Of a DNA stretch of 64,000 bases, positions 10,520 through 20,524 are shown piece by piece. The DNA lies in the NCBI GenBank assembly GCA_038207335.1, contig JBBQZX010000005.1, positions 64,001-128,000 of the forward strand, in the 5' to 3' direction. This DNA is from Chthoniobacterales bacterium (GTDB lineage: Bacteria; Verrucomicrobiota; Verrucomicrobiia; Chthoniobacterales; Chthoniobacteraceae). The translations under genes were made by a program, and so were the position numbers. The notes under the pieces were generated by a model. That model saw only the letters and a program-made list of their open reading frames with translations. It was not told the DNA's origin and made no database searches. Each line of letters opens with the position of its first letter. Position 1 is the first letter of the stretch.

Positions 10520-11425
10520 ATGTCTCTGCTTGAACCGCTGCGCCGCCTCGGGCGTCAAATCTCCGCTTCGCATCGCGGCGTCGCGCGGCTGGAGGGCGCG
10601 CTGGAGCAGGTGCGAGAGGCGCTCGGGCGGATCGAGGAAAGGCAGACGGCCACGGCCGCGGATTCGGGTCTGGAGGCGAATGAGTTCCGCGTTTTCTCGC
10701 AATGGGGCGAGGACGGGATCATCGCGCATCTGCTGCGGCATGTGCCAATTGCGCGGCGGGTGTTCGTGGAGTTTGGCGTGGAGACTTACGCGGAGGCGAA
10801 TACGCGCTGGCTGCTCGTGAATGAAAACTGGAGCGGCGTGGTCTTCGACGGCAGCGAGGCGAATATCGCGGCCGTCCGCCGCAGTCCGATTTACTGGCGG
10901 CACAATCTCAAGGCGGCACAGGCGTTCATCACACGCGAGAACATCGACGCGCTGCTCGTGGAGCACGGAGCGACTGGCGACATCGGGCTGCTCTCCGTCG
11001 ATATCGACGGGGTCGATTACTGGGTCTGGGAGGCGATCACCGCCGTGCAGCCCGCGATCGTCGTCGCGGAATACAACGCGCGCTTCGGCCCCGAGCGCCG
11101 CGTGACCGTGCCGTACGATCCGCACTTTTCACGCACCGCCGCGCACCACGCCGCGATCTACTACGGCGCGTCGATCGCCGCGCTCACGGCGCTCGCCGGA
11201 CGAAAGGGCTACGTGCTCGTCGGTGGGAATAGCGCGGGGAATAACGCGTTTTTCGTGCGGCGCGAACTGCTGCGTGCGCCGCTGGCGGAGGTTGCGCCCG
11301 CGCAGGCGTGGCGGCGGTGCCAGTTCCGCGAGACGCGCGATCCCGCGGGCCGGCTCACCTTTTCCACCGCCGCCGAGGAGGATGGGATCCTCGCTGCGCT
11401 GCCACTCGTGGAGGTGCCCGCGTGA
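10520..11425 (+). CDS. FkbM-like SAM-dependent methyltransferase-family protein
   Basis: FSQWGEDGII, FVEFG, LLSVDIDGVDYWVW, VAEYN. First gene of the glycan cluster. Confidence 0.6.
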   Translation: MSLLEPLRRLGRQISASHRGVARLEGALEQVREALGRIEERQTATAADSGLEANEFRVFSQWGEDGIIAHLLRHVPIARRVFVEFGVETYAEANTRWLLVNENWSGVVFDGSEANIAAVRRSPIYWRHNLKAAQAFITRENIDALLVEHGATGDIGLLSVDIDGVDYWVWEAITAVQPAIVVAEYNARFGPERRVTVPYDPHFSRTAAHHAAIYYGASIAALTALAGRKGYVLVGGNSAGNNAFFVRRELLRAPLAEVAPAQAWRRCQFRETRDPAGRLTFSTAAEEDGILAALPLVEVPA

Positions 11426-12339
11426 GCACCGCGCTCATTGTCGGAGTCGCCGGTTTTCTCGGCCGATACGCCGCGCGTGAATTTATCCGGCTCGGCTGGC
11501 GCGTCGTCGGACTCGACATCGTGCCGCCAGAAAATGGGCCGCACGGCATCATCTACTTCCAGATGCCGCTCCCGTCGCCTGAGCTCGCCACGCTGCTCCG
11601 AGCCGAGTCGCCGCAAGTCTGCATCAACGCCGCCGGACGCGCCTCCGTGCCGCTCTCGATGGAAAATCCCGCCGACGATTTTCGCGACAACGCCGTGCTC
11701 ACTTTCGAGCTCCTCGAGGCGCTACGCCGCGATGCGCCGCACTGTCGCTTCCTCTTCCTCTCGAGCGCCGCGGTTTATGGGAATCCGATGTCGCTTCCAG
11801 TCTCCGAGTCGCACGCGATCATGCCGCTCTCGCCGTACGGATACCACAAGCGGCAGGGCGAGTTGCTGTGCGAGGAGTTCTCGAAAATCTACGCCGTCCC
11901 GACCGCGTCGCTGCGGCTCTTCTCCGCTTACGGCCCCGGCCTCCGGCGGCAAGTCATCTGGGACATGTGCGAGCGCGTCTTCGTCACCGGCGCGCTGCAG
12001 CTCCGCGGCACGGGTGAGGAAAGTCGCGACTTCATCCACGCCGCGGACGTGGCCCGCGCCCTCGCTATGCTCGCGACCGATGCGCCGTGTGGCGGAGAAA
12101 TCTACAATATCGCCAGCGGGCGCGAAGTTAGCATCGCCGAATTAGCCGCGCTCGTGCTGGCCGAACTGGGCACCGACATCGTCGCGCAATTCGACGGCGC
12201 GGAAACCCCCGGCCAGCCGCGCAACTGGCGCGCAGACACCGCGCGCGCCGCTTCGCTCGGCTTCACCACATCTGTCGTGCTAGAGCAGGGTCTCAGCGGC
12301 GTCGCCGCGTGGTGTCGTGCGGAACTCGGTAACGCATGA
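11422..12339 (+). CDS. NAD-dependent epimerase/dehydratase
   Basis: GVAGFLG, SSAAVYG, YGYHK (YxxxK), RDFIH. GTG start overlaps the upstream TGA. Confidence 0.9.
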   Translation: MSTALIVGVAGFLGRYAAREFIRLGWRVVGLDIVPPENGPHGIIYFQMPLPSPELATLLRAESPQVCINAAGRASVPLSMENPADDFRDNAVLTFELLEALRRDAPHCRFLFLSSAAVYGNPMSLPVSESHAIMPLSPYGYHKRQGELLCEEFSKIYAVPTASLRLFSAYGPGLRRQVIWDMCERVFVTGALQLRGTGEESRDFIHAADVARALAMLATDAPCGGEIYNIASGREVSIAELAALVLAELGTDIVAQFDGAETPGQPRNWRADTARAASLGFTTSVVLEQGLSGVAAWCRAELGNA

Positions 12340-13511
12340 GCGCTCCGCTCCACATCGGCCTCGTCGCGCAGGGCGGACCGGGCTGGGCCGGCGGCACCGA
12401 GTACATTCGCAATCTCCTCCGCGCCCTCGCCGCCGCCGGAATCGCAGACCGCACCGTGGTGTGCGCCGAGAGCCAGCGCGCCGCCTGGAAGCCCACGAAT
12501 GCCGATGAATACAGGCTTTCCACCGTTCCTGTAAAAGCCGCGCCTTCCAAAATTCGCAGCCTTTTCACATCGCCGAACGCCGCATTCAGCGCCGCCGTCC
12601 GCGCCTCCGGCTGCGGCTTCATCTACCCCTTCACTTACGACAACGTCCACAACGTCGGCGTCACCCTCCCGCTCGGAAACGCGCTCGGCCGCTGCCGCTG
12701 GGCGGGCTGGATTCCAGACTTCCAGCACCGCCACCTCCCGCATCTTTTTTCCGAGAAAGAGGTCGCCCGCCGCGAGCGCGGAATCGCCGCGCTCGCCGAT
12801 GAAGCTCCGCGTGTCGTTCTCAGTAGTGAAGCCGCCGCCGCCGATTTCCGCGCCGCATTTCCCGCACAAAACAGCAAAGCCGAGGTGCTCCGTTTCGCCA
12901 CGTTTCCGCACGCCGATTGGTATGCCGATTCCACCGAGGATCTCCGCTGGCTTCCGCCGCGTTTCTTCCTCGTCAGCAACCAATTCTGGAAACACAAAAA
13001 CCATCTCGTGCTCTTCGAGGCGCTCCGCATCCTAGCCGCGCGCGGCATCCGCCCCGCCGTCGTCTGCACCGGCGCACTCGCCGATTTTCGCGACGCCGAT
13101 TTTGCAAACGTGATCCTCCAGACCATCCACCGCAGCGGCCTCACGAGCCAGGTCATGCTCCTTGGACTCGTGGCCCGCCGCACGCAAATCGAACTCATGC
13201 GCCGCTGCCTCGCCGTCGTGCAGCCGTCGCTTTTCGAGGGCTGGAGCACCGTAGTCGAAGATGCGCGTGTGCTTGGCCGGCCGACCATTCTCTCCGACCT
13301 CGATGTTCATCTCGAGCAGTCGCCACCCGGCGCGAAATATTTCTCCCGCGACAATCCCGACGCACTCGCCGACGCACTCGCCGAAGCGTGGGAAATCCTC
13401 GCGCCCGGTATCGACAGCGACGCAGAGAAAAAAGCACGATCGCTCGCGGATGCTGCAATCATCGGCGTTGGCGATCGGTTCATCGAAATCGCGCACGCCG
13501 CCGGGGCATGA
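12336..13511 (+). CDS. glycosyltransferase family 4 (GT-B)
   Basis: IPDFQH, NQFWKHKNH, PSLFEGW..VVEDA. Confidence 0.85.
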   Translation: MSAPLHIGLVAQGGPGWAGGTEYIRNLLRALAAAGIADRTVVCAESQRAAWKPTNADEYRLSTVPVKAAPSKIRSLFTSPNAAFSAAVRASGCGFIYPFTYDNVHNVGVTLPLGNALGRCRWAGWIPDFQHRHLPHLFSEKEVARRERGIAALADEAPRVVLSSEAAAADFRAAFPAQNSKAEVLRFATFPHADWYADSTEDLRWLPPRFFLVSNQFWKHKNHLVLFEALRILAARGIRPAVVCTGALADFRDADFANVILQTIHRSGLTSQVMLLGLVARRTQIELMRRCLAVVQPSLFEGWSTVVEDARVLGRPTILSDLDVHLEQSPPGAKYFSRDNPDALADALAEAWEILAPGIDSDAEKKARSLADAAIIGVGDRFIEIAHAAGA

Positions 13512-14362
13512 ACGAGCCGCTCGTTTCCATCGTCGTCCCGACGTTGAACCAGGCCGCCTTCATCGAGCAAACGCTCGCCTCGATCGTCGGCCAAAACTGG
13601 CCGCGTCTCGAACTCATCGTCATCGACGGCGGCAGCAACGACGGCACGCACGCGGTCGTCGAGCGCTACCGCCACGCGATCGCGCACTTCATTTCAGAGC
13701 CCGACCGCGGCCAGGCCGACGCGATCAACAAAGGCTTTAGGCTCGCGACCGGCGATGTCCTCGCGTGGCTGAATTCCGACGACATGTATCTCCCGTGCAC
13801 TCTGCAAACCGCCGTCCGAGCGCTCGGCGACACCTCCGCGCCATGCCTCGCATACGGCGCGTGCATCACCTTTTACGAAGGCTCATCTCAAGCGCGCACG
13901 CTCCTCGCCGAGCCGTTTGATCGCGAGCGCCTCCGCCACTGCGACTACATTTTCCAGCCGAGCGCATTCTGGACGCGCGCTCTCTGGGAGCGCACTGGCG
14001 AGCTGAATGAAGCGCTCCATTTCACCCTCGATTGGGACTGGTGGCTGCGCGCCGCCGCACACTGCGATTTCACGCCCATCCCGCAGCCGCTCTCGCTCTA
14101 CCGCTTTCACACCGCGCACAAAAGCGGCAGCGGCAGCGACCGCCGCACGCGTGAGGTCGTCGAGTTCGTGGAAAAGCACGCCGGCCCGGAATGGGGCGCG
14201 GCCTTCCGCGAAGTCTCCGCCAACATGACGGCGCTCGCTGACAGCCACGACCGCCTTCGCCGGATCAATCTCCACGGCTTCCGCACATGGCTTCACCGCG
14301 GGCTCTATCGGCGGCATGGTGCGAAAGTGAAAGTCGCCATGTCGCAGCTCCGTTCGACGTGA
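13508..14362 (+). CDS. glycosyltransferase family 2
   Basis: VSIVVPTLNQ, DGGSNDGT, GQADAINKG, WLNSDD. ATG 13508. Confidence 0.9.
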   Translation: MNEPLVSIVVPTLNQAAFIEQTLASIVGQNWPRLELIVIDGGSNDGTHAVVERYRHAIAHFISEPDRGQADAINKGFRLATGDVLAWLNSDDMYLPCTLQTAVRALGDTSAPCLAYGACITFYEGSSQARTLLAEPFDRERLRHCDYIFQPSAFWTRALWERTGELNEALHFTLDWDWWLRAAAHCDFTPIPQPLSLYRFHTAHKSGSGSDRRTREVVEFVEKHAGPEWGAAFREVSANMTALADSHDRLRRINLHGFRTWLHRGLYRRHGAKVKVAMSQLRST

Positions 14363-15231
14363 AAATCTCGATCGTCACTCCGTCCTTCAATCAAGCCGCA
14401 TTCCTCGAGGAGGCGATGCTCTCCGTGCTGTCGCAAGATCACGAGCCTCTGGAATACATCGTCGTCGATGGCGGCTCAACCGACAGCAGCACCGAGATCA
14501 TCCAGCGCCACGCCGCGCGCCTCGCGTGGTCCGTGAGTGAGCGCGACGGCGGAATGTACGACGCGCTCAACAAAGGCTTTGCCCGCACCACCGGCGAGGT
14601 GATGGCGTGGCTGAACAGCGACGACAAGCTGATGCCCTGGGCGCTCAGCATCGTCGCGGAAATCTTCGCGACTTTTCCGGAGGTCGAATGGCTCACCACA
14701 CTCGCCCAAATCCGCTGGGACGAACGCGGCCGCGCCGTCCGTTGCCTGCCGCAGCGCGGCTTTTCGCGTGCCGGTTTTCAGCGCGGCGAAAACCTCCCGT
14801 ATGCCGAACAATTCAGCACCGGATGGATTCAGCAGGAGTCCACATTCTGGAGGCGATCTTTGTGGGAAAAAGCCGGCGCGCGTGTCGGCGCGGAGTTTGA
14901 GCAAGCCGGTGATTTCGAGCTCTGGGCGCGCTTCTTCCAGCACGCCGAACTTTTCTCCGTCGAGACTCCGCTCGGCGGATTTCGCTTCCACGGCGAACAA
15001 AAAACGGGCGCGGGCCACGGCCGCTACGTGGTGGAAGGCGAGCGCGCCCTCACTCTCCACGGCGGTCGCCGCCACGGTGCGTTTGAGCGCACCGCGCGCC
15101 GCATCGCCTACGAGTGCTGCCCGCGCTCGCTGCAGCCAATCGCGAGCAAATTCGGCCTCCTGCATCCCGCGCGCATCTGCCGACACAACCGCCGCACTCG
15201 CCGCTGGGAAATCGTGACGACGTATGCGTGA
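14359..15231 (+). CDS. glycosyltransferase family 2
   Basis: ISIVTPSFNQ, DGGSTD, WLNSDD, QESTFWR. GTG 14359. Confidence 0.9.
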   Translation: MKISIVTPSFNQAAFLEEAMLSVLSQDHEPLEYIVVDGGSTDSSTEIIQRHAARLAWSVSERDGGMYDALNKGFARTTGEVMAWLNSDDKLMPWALSIVAEIFATFPEVEWLTTLAQIRWDERGRAVRCLPQRGFSRAGFQRGENLPYAEQFSTGWIQQESTFWRRSLWEKAGARVGAEFEQAGDFELWARFFQHAELFSVETPLGGFRFHGEQKTGAGHGRYVVEGERALTLHGGRRHGAFERTARRIAYECCPRSLQPIASKFGLLHPARICRHNRRTRRWEIVTTYA

Positions 15232-16150
15232 GACCGTCGCCGTCATCATCCCGGCGTTCAATGCCGAGCCCTTCATCGCCGAGGCCATAGAAAGCGTTCT
15301 CGCGCAGACCGCGTCCGCTTCGCAGCTCATCGTCGTCGATGACGGCAGCACCGACTCCACCGCCGCTTCCGCCGAAAAATTCGGTGACGCGCTCATGCTC
15401 CTGCGGCGCGGAAATGGAGGCGTTTCCGCCGCGCGCAACGAAGGCGCAAAACAGACCACCTGCGACTGGCTGCTCTTCCTCAACGCCGACGACCGCCTGC
15501 TCCCCGCGGCGATCGAGAACATGCTCGCTCGAGCCGAGTGTGCTGAGTTCGGAGTGGTCTATGGGCAGACCAAGTTCTTCGACGATACCACCCGCGAAAG
15601 CAGGCTCCACGGGCTTTCCGAGTCCGAAGGCCCACCACCCGCCGCCGCGCGCGCGAGCTTTTGGAAAGCCGCAATCGCGACCCCCGGCGCTGCGCTCATC
15701 CGCGCGGATTTCTTCAACGAAATCGGCGGCTTTGATCCGGTAGTGAACACCCTCGCCGACCGCGACTTCTGGATAAGAGCGGGTGCATTGCGCGAGTTCG
15801 GCTTCATCCCAAAACCGGTGATCGAAAAGCGCGAACATAGTGCAAACATGTCCGGCGATCTCAGCCGCGCCCGCATTCAAGCCGTCCAGGTTCAGTTCAG
15901 CTTCCTCGACTGGTGCAGCGCGCGCGGCATCTCCATCGACTTCCTCCAAACCTCGCCGGGCGAGATCATCGAGCGCAATCTTCAGCGCGCACTGGAGACG
16001 CGCAGCTTCGCCGCTGCGGAGTGGATTTGCGCCGAGGCCGCGCGCCGAGAAATGGACTCGCCTATTGTTTCGCGCGCCCGGCGAATTCTCGCGATGCCAG
16101 CCTTCGCGCGAGAGGCGGAACTAAAAGTGCGGGAACTTCTGAACCGATGA
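15224..16150 (+). CDS. glycosyltransferase family 2
   Basis: VIIPAFN, VDDGSTD, GVSAARN, FLNADD. Confidence 0.88.
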   Translation: MRETVAVIIPAFNAEPFIAEAIESVLAQTASASQLIVVDDGSTDSTAASAEKFGDALMLLRRGNGGVSAARNEGAKQTTCDWLLFLNADDRLLPAAIENMLARAECAEFGVVYGQTKFFDDTTRESRLHGLSESEGPPPAAARASFWKAAIATPGAALIRADFFNEIGGFDPVVNTLADRDFWIRAGALREFGFIPKPVIEKREHSANMSGDLSRARIQAVQVQFSFLDWCSARGISIDFLQTSPGEIIERNLQRALETRSFAAAEWICAEAARREMDSPIVSRARRILAMPAFAREAELKVRELLNR

Positions 16151-17046
16151 GCCCGCCCTATTTCTCGGTCATCACGCCGTCCTACAATCAAGCGCCCTGG
16201 CTCGAAGGATGCCTTCAGTCCGTCCTCGTGCAGGGCGTCACCGACTTCGAGCACATCCTCTTCGACAACTCCTCCACCGACGGCACCGGCGCCATCCTCG
16301 CGCCCCATCCGCACCTCATCGCAAAGTCCGAACCCGACAGCGGCCAGGCCGACGCGCTCAACAAAGGCCTCCGTCTCGCACGCGGCGAAATCGTCTGCTG
16401 GCTCAACGCCGACGATCAATATCTCCCCGGCGCGTTCGAAGTCGTCCGCCGCGAATTCGCAAAGCCCGGCGTCGATGTGATTTTCGGCGATGCGCTCGAA
16501 GATGCCTGCGACGGACGCCCTCCCTCGCTCCGCCGCGCGCGATTCCGCGACCGCGCGGACCTGCTCATCTGGTGGGAGAAGCGCACCGACATTTTGCAGC
16601 CCGCCGTCTTCTTCCGCCGGTCGCTCCTCGATCGCGCCGGACTCCTCCGCGAAGACCTCCACCTCATCCTCGACACTGAGCTGTGGTGGCGTCTTTCCGA
16701 GCGTTCCACTTTCCACTACATCCCCGAGCCGCTCGCGCTCCAGCAGCGGCAGCCTGACTCGAAAACCGTGAAACACGCGCACCGAATTTATGAGGAAAAG
16801 GCGCGCGTCTTCGCTCCGCTGCTCCACGAGGCGCAGCCCGGGAAACGGCTCCAGCACATGCTTTCCCGCCGCCTCGGCATGGGCCGCAGATACCTCGGCC
16901 TCGCCCAGCTCAGCGGCTTGGCGCACCGCGCCGACGCTTTCCGAAATCTCAAAACCAGCGCCCGCCAGAACCCGCTCATGCTGCTCGCGCCGAGCTGGCT
17001 GAGGACGCTCGCCTTTCTCCTCCGGGCCCGCACCCCGCATGTCTGA
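16147..17046 (+). CDS. glycosyltransferase family 2
   Basis: FSVITPSYNQ, GQADALNKG, WLNADD, QPAVFFR. ATG 16147. Confidence 0.88.
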   Translation: MSPPYFSVITPSYNQAPWLEGCLQSVLVQGVTDFEHILFDNSSTDGTGAILAPHPHLIAKSEPDSGQADALNKGLRLARGEIVCWLNADDQYLPGAFEVVRREFAKPGVDVIFGDALEDACDGRPPSLRRARFRDRADLLIWWEKRTDILQPAVFFRRSLLDRAGLLREDLHLILDTELWWRLSERSTFHYIPEPLALQQRQPDSKTVKHAHRIYEEKARVFAPLLHEAQPGKRLQHMLSRRLGMGRRYLGLAQLSGLAHRADAFRNLKTSARQNPLMLLAPSWLRTLAFLLRARTPHV

Positions 17047-17836
17047 GCCGCAATTCATCGGCATCCTTTTGGTGCGCAACGAAGACCGCTTTCTGCGCCG
17101 CGCAGTCGGTAACGTGCTCGACTTCTGCGACCGCATTTTCATCGCCGATCACCAATCCACGGACGGCACTTTCGAGCTCGCGCAGGAGCTCGCGCGTGAG
17201 TCCGCGAAGATCGAGCCGCACCGCATCCGCGATCCGCGCGAATCGAGCGAAATGCTGGAGCCCTTTGCCAACACGCAGACTTGGGTTCTCGGCGTCGATG
17301 GCGATGAAATCTACGATCCCGCCGGTCTCGCCTTCACGCGCGCGCAACTCGTCGCGGGTGCGTGGAGCGACTCGTGGATCGTCTTTGGAAACGTGGTGAA
17401 TTGCATCGAGATCGACGAGCGCGCAAAGACCGCGCGCGGCTGGCTCGCTCCACCTTGCCGGAGCATGACGAAACTTTATAACTTCGCCGCCGTGCAATCG
17501 CTCGACCCCGATTCTCCGCAGCGCCTCATGGGATTGAACAACGTGTTCAATCCCGGCTTCGACGCGTCTCAACGCCTCGAAGTCCACAAAGCGATCGCGT
17601 GGGACGACGCGCAATTTCGCTGCCTCCACGCCTGCTTCCTCCCCCGGAGCACCGCCGACTCCGCGCAAAGCGCCGCACGCGAAAACATCACCGAACTGCG
17701 AAAATTCTCCCCCACTTCTTGGCTCAGCCGAACCTTCTCCAAAGCCGCCGGCCGGGAAGCCGCATCGGTCTGGAAACAAGACAAATACACGCGCGGCGAG
17801 CTTGTGACCGTCGATGCGTCACCTTTTTTTCCATGA
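17039..17836 (+). CDS. GT-A fold (family 2-like) glycosyltransferase
   Basis: LLVRNE, DHQSTDGT, WVLGVDGDE. Confidence 0.7.
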   Translation: MSEPQFIGILLVRNEDRFLRRAVGNVLDFCDRIFIADHQSTDGTFELAQELARESAKIEPHRIRDPRESSEMLEPFANTQTWVLGVDGDEIYDPAGLAFTRAQLVAGAWSDSWIVFGNVVNCIEIDERAKTARGWLAPPCRSMTKLYNFAAVQSLDPDSPQRLMGLNNVFNPGFDASQRLEVHKAIAWDDAQFRCLHACFLPRSTADSAQSAARENITELRKFSPTSWLSRTFSKAAGREAASVWKQDKYTRGELVTVDASPFFP

Positions 17837-18426
17837 TCGACCTCCAGCAATTCAAAATGGATCCTGCGGAGGAGGCGCTGCTGGCAAAGCTGCTCGCCGA
17901 GACCGCGCCGCGCACCATCGCGGAGTTCGGCTCGGGCCTCACCACGCGTTTTTGGGCCCAGCAAAGCGATGCGAAAATCGTGACATGGGACAATTTCCCC
18001 GAGTGGATCGCCGAGTTGAAAACCGCGTTTGCCGGCGCGCCGTGGCTCGAGCGCGTGGAGTTCCGCGGCTACTCCGTTTCGCCCGGCGGGCCGCGCATCG
18101 TGCAGAAAGACGCGGTGCCGTGGGACGGCGCTCCGTTCGACTTTTTGTTTCTCGACGGGCCGCGCTCCGCCCACCCGCCGAGCTTTGGACGCAGCGGCAG
18201 CTTTCTCTTTGCCACACAGCACGCGCGGCCCGGATCGACGATCGTCTGGCACGACAACGAACGCGGCCACGAGCGCGCGCTGGCGATGCGCTTTTTCGGC
18301 CATCTCCGCTGCCGCTCGCGCGGCACCGTCGGCTGGTGCATCTGGCAGCCGCCCAGCGCCGCCGCCCCGCTCATCCGCGCGGTAAACTACCTCGCGCAGC
18401 CGTCGCGAATTCTCGCGCGCGAATGA
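17833..18426 (+). CDS. class I SAM-dependent methyltransferase-like protein
   Basis: EFGSGLTT (motif I), FDFLFLDGP, IVWHD. ATG 17833. Confidence 0.7.
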   Translation: MIDLQQFKMDPAEEALLAKLLAETAPRTIAEFGSGLTTRFWAQQSDAKIVTWDNFPEWIAELKTAFAGAPWLERVEFRGYSVSPGGPRIVQKDAVPWDGAPFDFLFLDGPRSAHPPSFGRSGSFLFATQHARPGSTIVWHDNERGHERALAMRFFGHLRCRSRGTVGWCIWQPPSAAAPLIRAVNYLAQPSRILARE

Positions 18427-19412
18427 TCATTTTCGGCCCTCCGCCCATCGCCACCGTGGCGATCAATATGCGCCCGCGCCGCGGCCCGTGGGGCGGCAGC
18501 AGCCCCTTCGTCTGGCAGCTCCGCGCGTTTTTACAGGCGCGCGGATACGCCGTGCGGTTTGATCTTTCGCGCAAAACGGACGCGATCATCGTGATCGATC
18601 CGCGCGACGATCTGGAGGGAAAGGCATTCGGAATGAGCGCGATTGCGGCCTACAAAAAAGCGCATCCCGAGGTGCAAGTGATCCATCGCGTGAACGAATG
18701 CGACCAGCGCAAGAACTCGAATTTCATCGACGCTCTGCTGGAAAAGGCGAGCGCGACCGTCGATCACACGGTCTTCATTTCGGAGTGGCTGCGCGATTAT
18801 TTTGCGCAGCGCTGGTTCGACACCACGCGGCCCCACTCGGTCATCTACAACGGTGCCGCCGCCGCCCATTTTCACCCGATCGGCAGCGCGCGATGGACGC
18901 CCGGCGAGCCGATACGAATCGTCACGCACCACTGGTCCGACAACCCGCTCAAGGGCTTCGACGTGTATGAAATCGTGGACCGTCTCATCGCCGACGGAGA
19001 GCTACCCGGCTTCGAGCTGCGGGTGATCGGGCGGTGGCCGAAAAACATCTCGTGGCGGGCTGCGCGCACGTATCCACCGGCGCACGGTTTGGCGCTCGGC
19101 GACCTGCTGCGGCAGTGCCATCTTTACCTCACCGCGACGCGATGGGAGCCGTGCGGGATGCATCACGTCGAGGGCGCGCAATGCGGATTGCCCCTCGTTT
19201 ATCACACCGATGGTGGTGGCGTCGTGGAGGCAGGGCGGCGATACGGCATTGGGTTTTCGGACGACGTGAAAAGCGCACTGCTCGCCGCTCGCGACCGCTT
19301 CTCCGATCTTCGGCACGCGGCGCTCACCGAGGCGCCGTCGGGCGACCGGATGGCGCTGGATTTCGGCGCGCTCATCCAGTCGCTGATCGCCAACGCACCG
19401 CGCGGGTCTTGA
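18423..19412 (+). CDS. GT-B (family 4-like) glycosyltransferase
   Basis: PWGG N-terminus, VFISEW, IYNG, KGFD, EPCGMHHVEGAQCGLP. ATG 18423. Confidence 0.75.
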   Translation: MIIFGPPPIATVAINMRPRRGPWGGSSPFVWQLRAFLQARGYAVRFDLSRKTDAIIVIDPRDDLEGKAFGMSAIAAYKKAHPEVQVIHRVNECDQRKNSNFIDALLEKASATVDHTVFISEWLRDYFAQRWFDTTRPHSVIYNGAAAAHFHPIGSARWTPGEPIRIVTHHWSDNPLKGFDVYEIVDRLIADGELPGFELRVIGRWPKNISWRAARTYPPAHGLALGDLLRQCHLYLTATRWEPCGMHHVEGAQCGLPLVYHTDGGGVVEAGRRYGIGFSDDVKSALLAARDRFSDLRHAALTEAPSGDRMALDFGALIQSLIANAPRGS

Positions 19413-20524
19413 GCCGGAAGCTGCGAGTCGGGTTCGTGCTGGAAAATCGCGTGCCCGAGTGGGCGAGCGTCGCCGCCGGGCGCGTGCGTCCGTGGTCGCT
19501 GCTGACTGGCGCGCCGACTGGCGGATCGGTGCCGATGATGCGCTTCCGCTGGATCGCGAGCACCGTGAATCGCGACCCCGCGAGTCCGCTTCGCTACGAG
19601 CTTTTCAAGCCGTGGCGGCGATACGACGCGGTGATCTTTTTGAAGTCGATGGGCGCGGAATCCGCCGCGCTCGCGAAGCGGCTGCGACTCGCGGGGACGC
19701 GTGTAATTTTCGACCTGAACGTCGATTATCTCACGCCCGCGGAGGGGCGGTTTCACTACCCCGGAATGGCGCCGACCGCCGTGCAGCACGACGCCGCACA
19801 CGAGATGCTGCGGCTCTCCGATGCGGTCATTGCGGATTCGAGCCACCTCGCCTCAATCGCAGCGCGGCATCACGCGGCGGTTCATTGGATTCCCGACAAC
19901 GTGGACATGGGCTTCGTGCCCGCAAACGCTGTGTGGAAGGGGTCAGGCAAGCTGCCACTTCTGTGGAGCGGAGAGTCTGTGAAGCTCTTCGACCTGCTGA
20001 AAATCGAGGGCGTGCTGCGGGATTTTGCGCGCGATGTGAAGCTCACGATCGTGACGAGCGCGATGACGGGACTCGACCGCTGGGAGGCGGCGGAGCGGGA
20101 GCGATTCGAGAAAATGCTGGCCGCGATCGAACACGAAATCATTTCGTTTCGCTCGATTCCCCGGCTGTTTGAAATCTATCGGCGCGGCGGTGTCGTCATC
20201 TCGCCGCGCTTCCTCGACAACTCCTACAACCTCGGCCACACGGAATGGAAACTGACGCTCGCGATGGCGTGCGGACGCCGCGCAATCGGAAGCCCGGTGG
20301 CGAGCTACTGCGATGTGGAGCGGCTCGCGGGTGGAAAGGGAATTCGCATTTGCCACACCGATGCCGAATGGTCGGCCGTGCTCTCGGAACATCTCGCCGA
20401 CCCGCCCGAAGTGTGGGCCGCAGAGGAGCTCTCGGCGCGCGATGTTGTGGAGACAAATTACTCCACCGCGGTCGTTGCGCGGCGGCACCGCGAGCTGCTC
20501 GAGAAAATCATCGACCGCCCGTGA
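19409..20524 (+). CDS. putative GT-B glycosyltransferase-like protein
   Basis: DAVIADS, LLWSG, KLTLAMACG. TTG start overlaps the previous stop. Confidence 0.6.
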   Translation: MSRKLRVGFVLENRVPEWASVAAGRVRPWSLLTGAPTGGSVPMMRFRWIASTVNRDPASPLRYELFKPWRRYDAVIFLKSMGAESAALAKRLRLAGTRVIFDLNVDYLTPAEGRFHYPGMAPTAVQHDAAHEMLRLSDAVIADSSHLASIAARHHAAVHWIPDNVDMGFVPANAVWKGSGKLPLLWSGESVKLFDLLKIEGVLRDFARDVKLTIVTSAMTGLDRWEAAERERFEKMLAAIEHEIISFRSIPRLFEIYRRGGVVISPRFLDNSYNLGHTEWKLTLAMACGRRAIGSPVASYCDVERLAGGKGIRICHTDAEWSAVLSEHLADPPEVWAAEELSARDVVETNYSTAVVARRHRELLEKIIDRP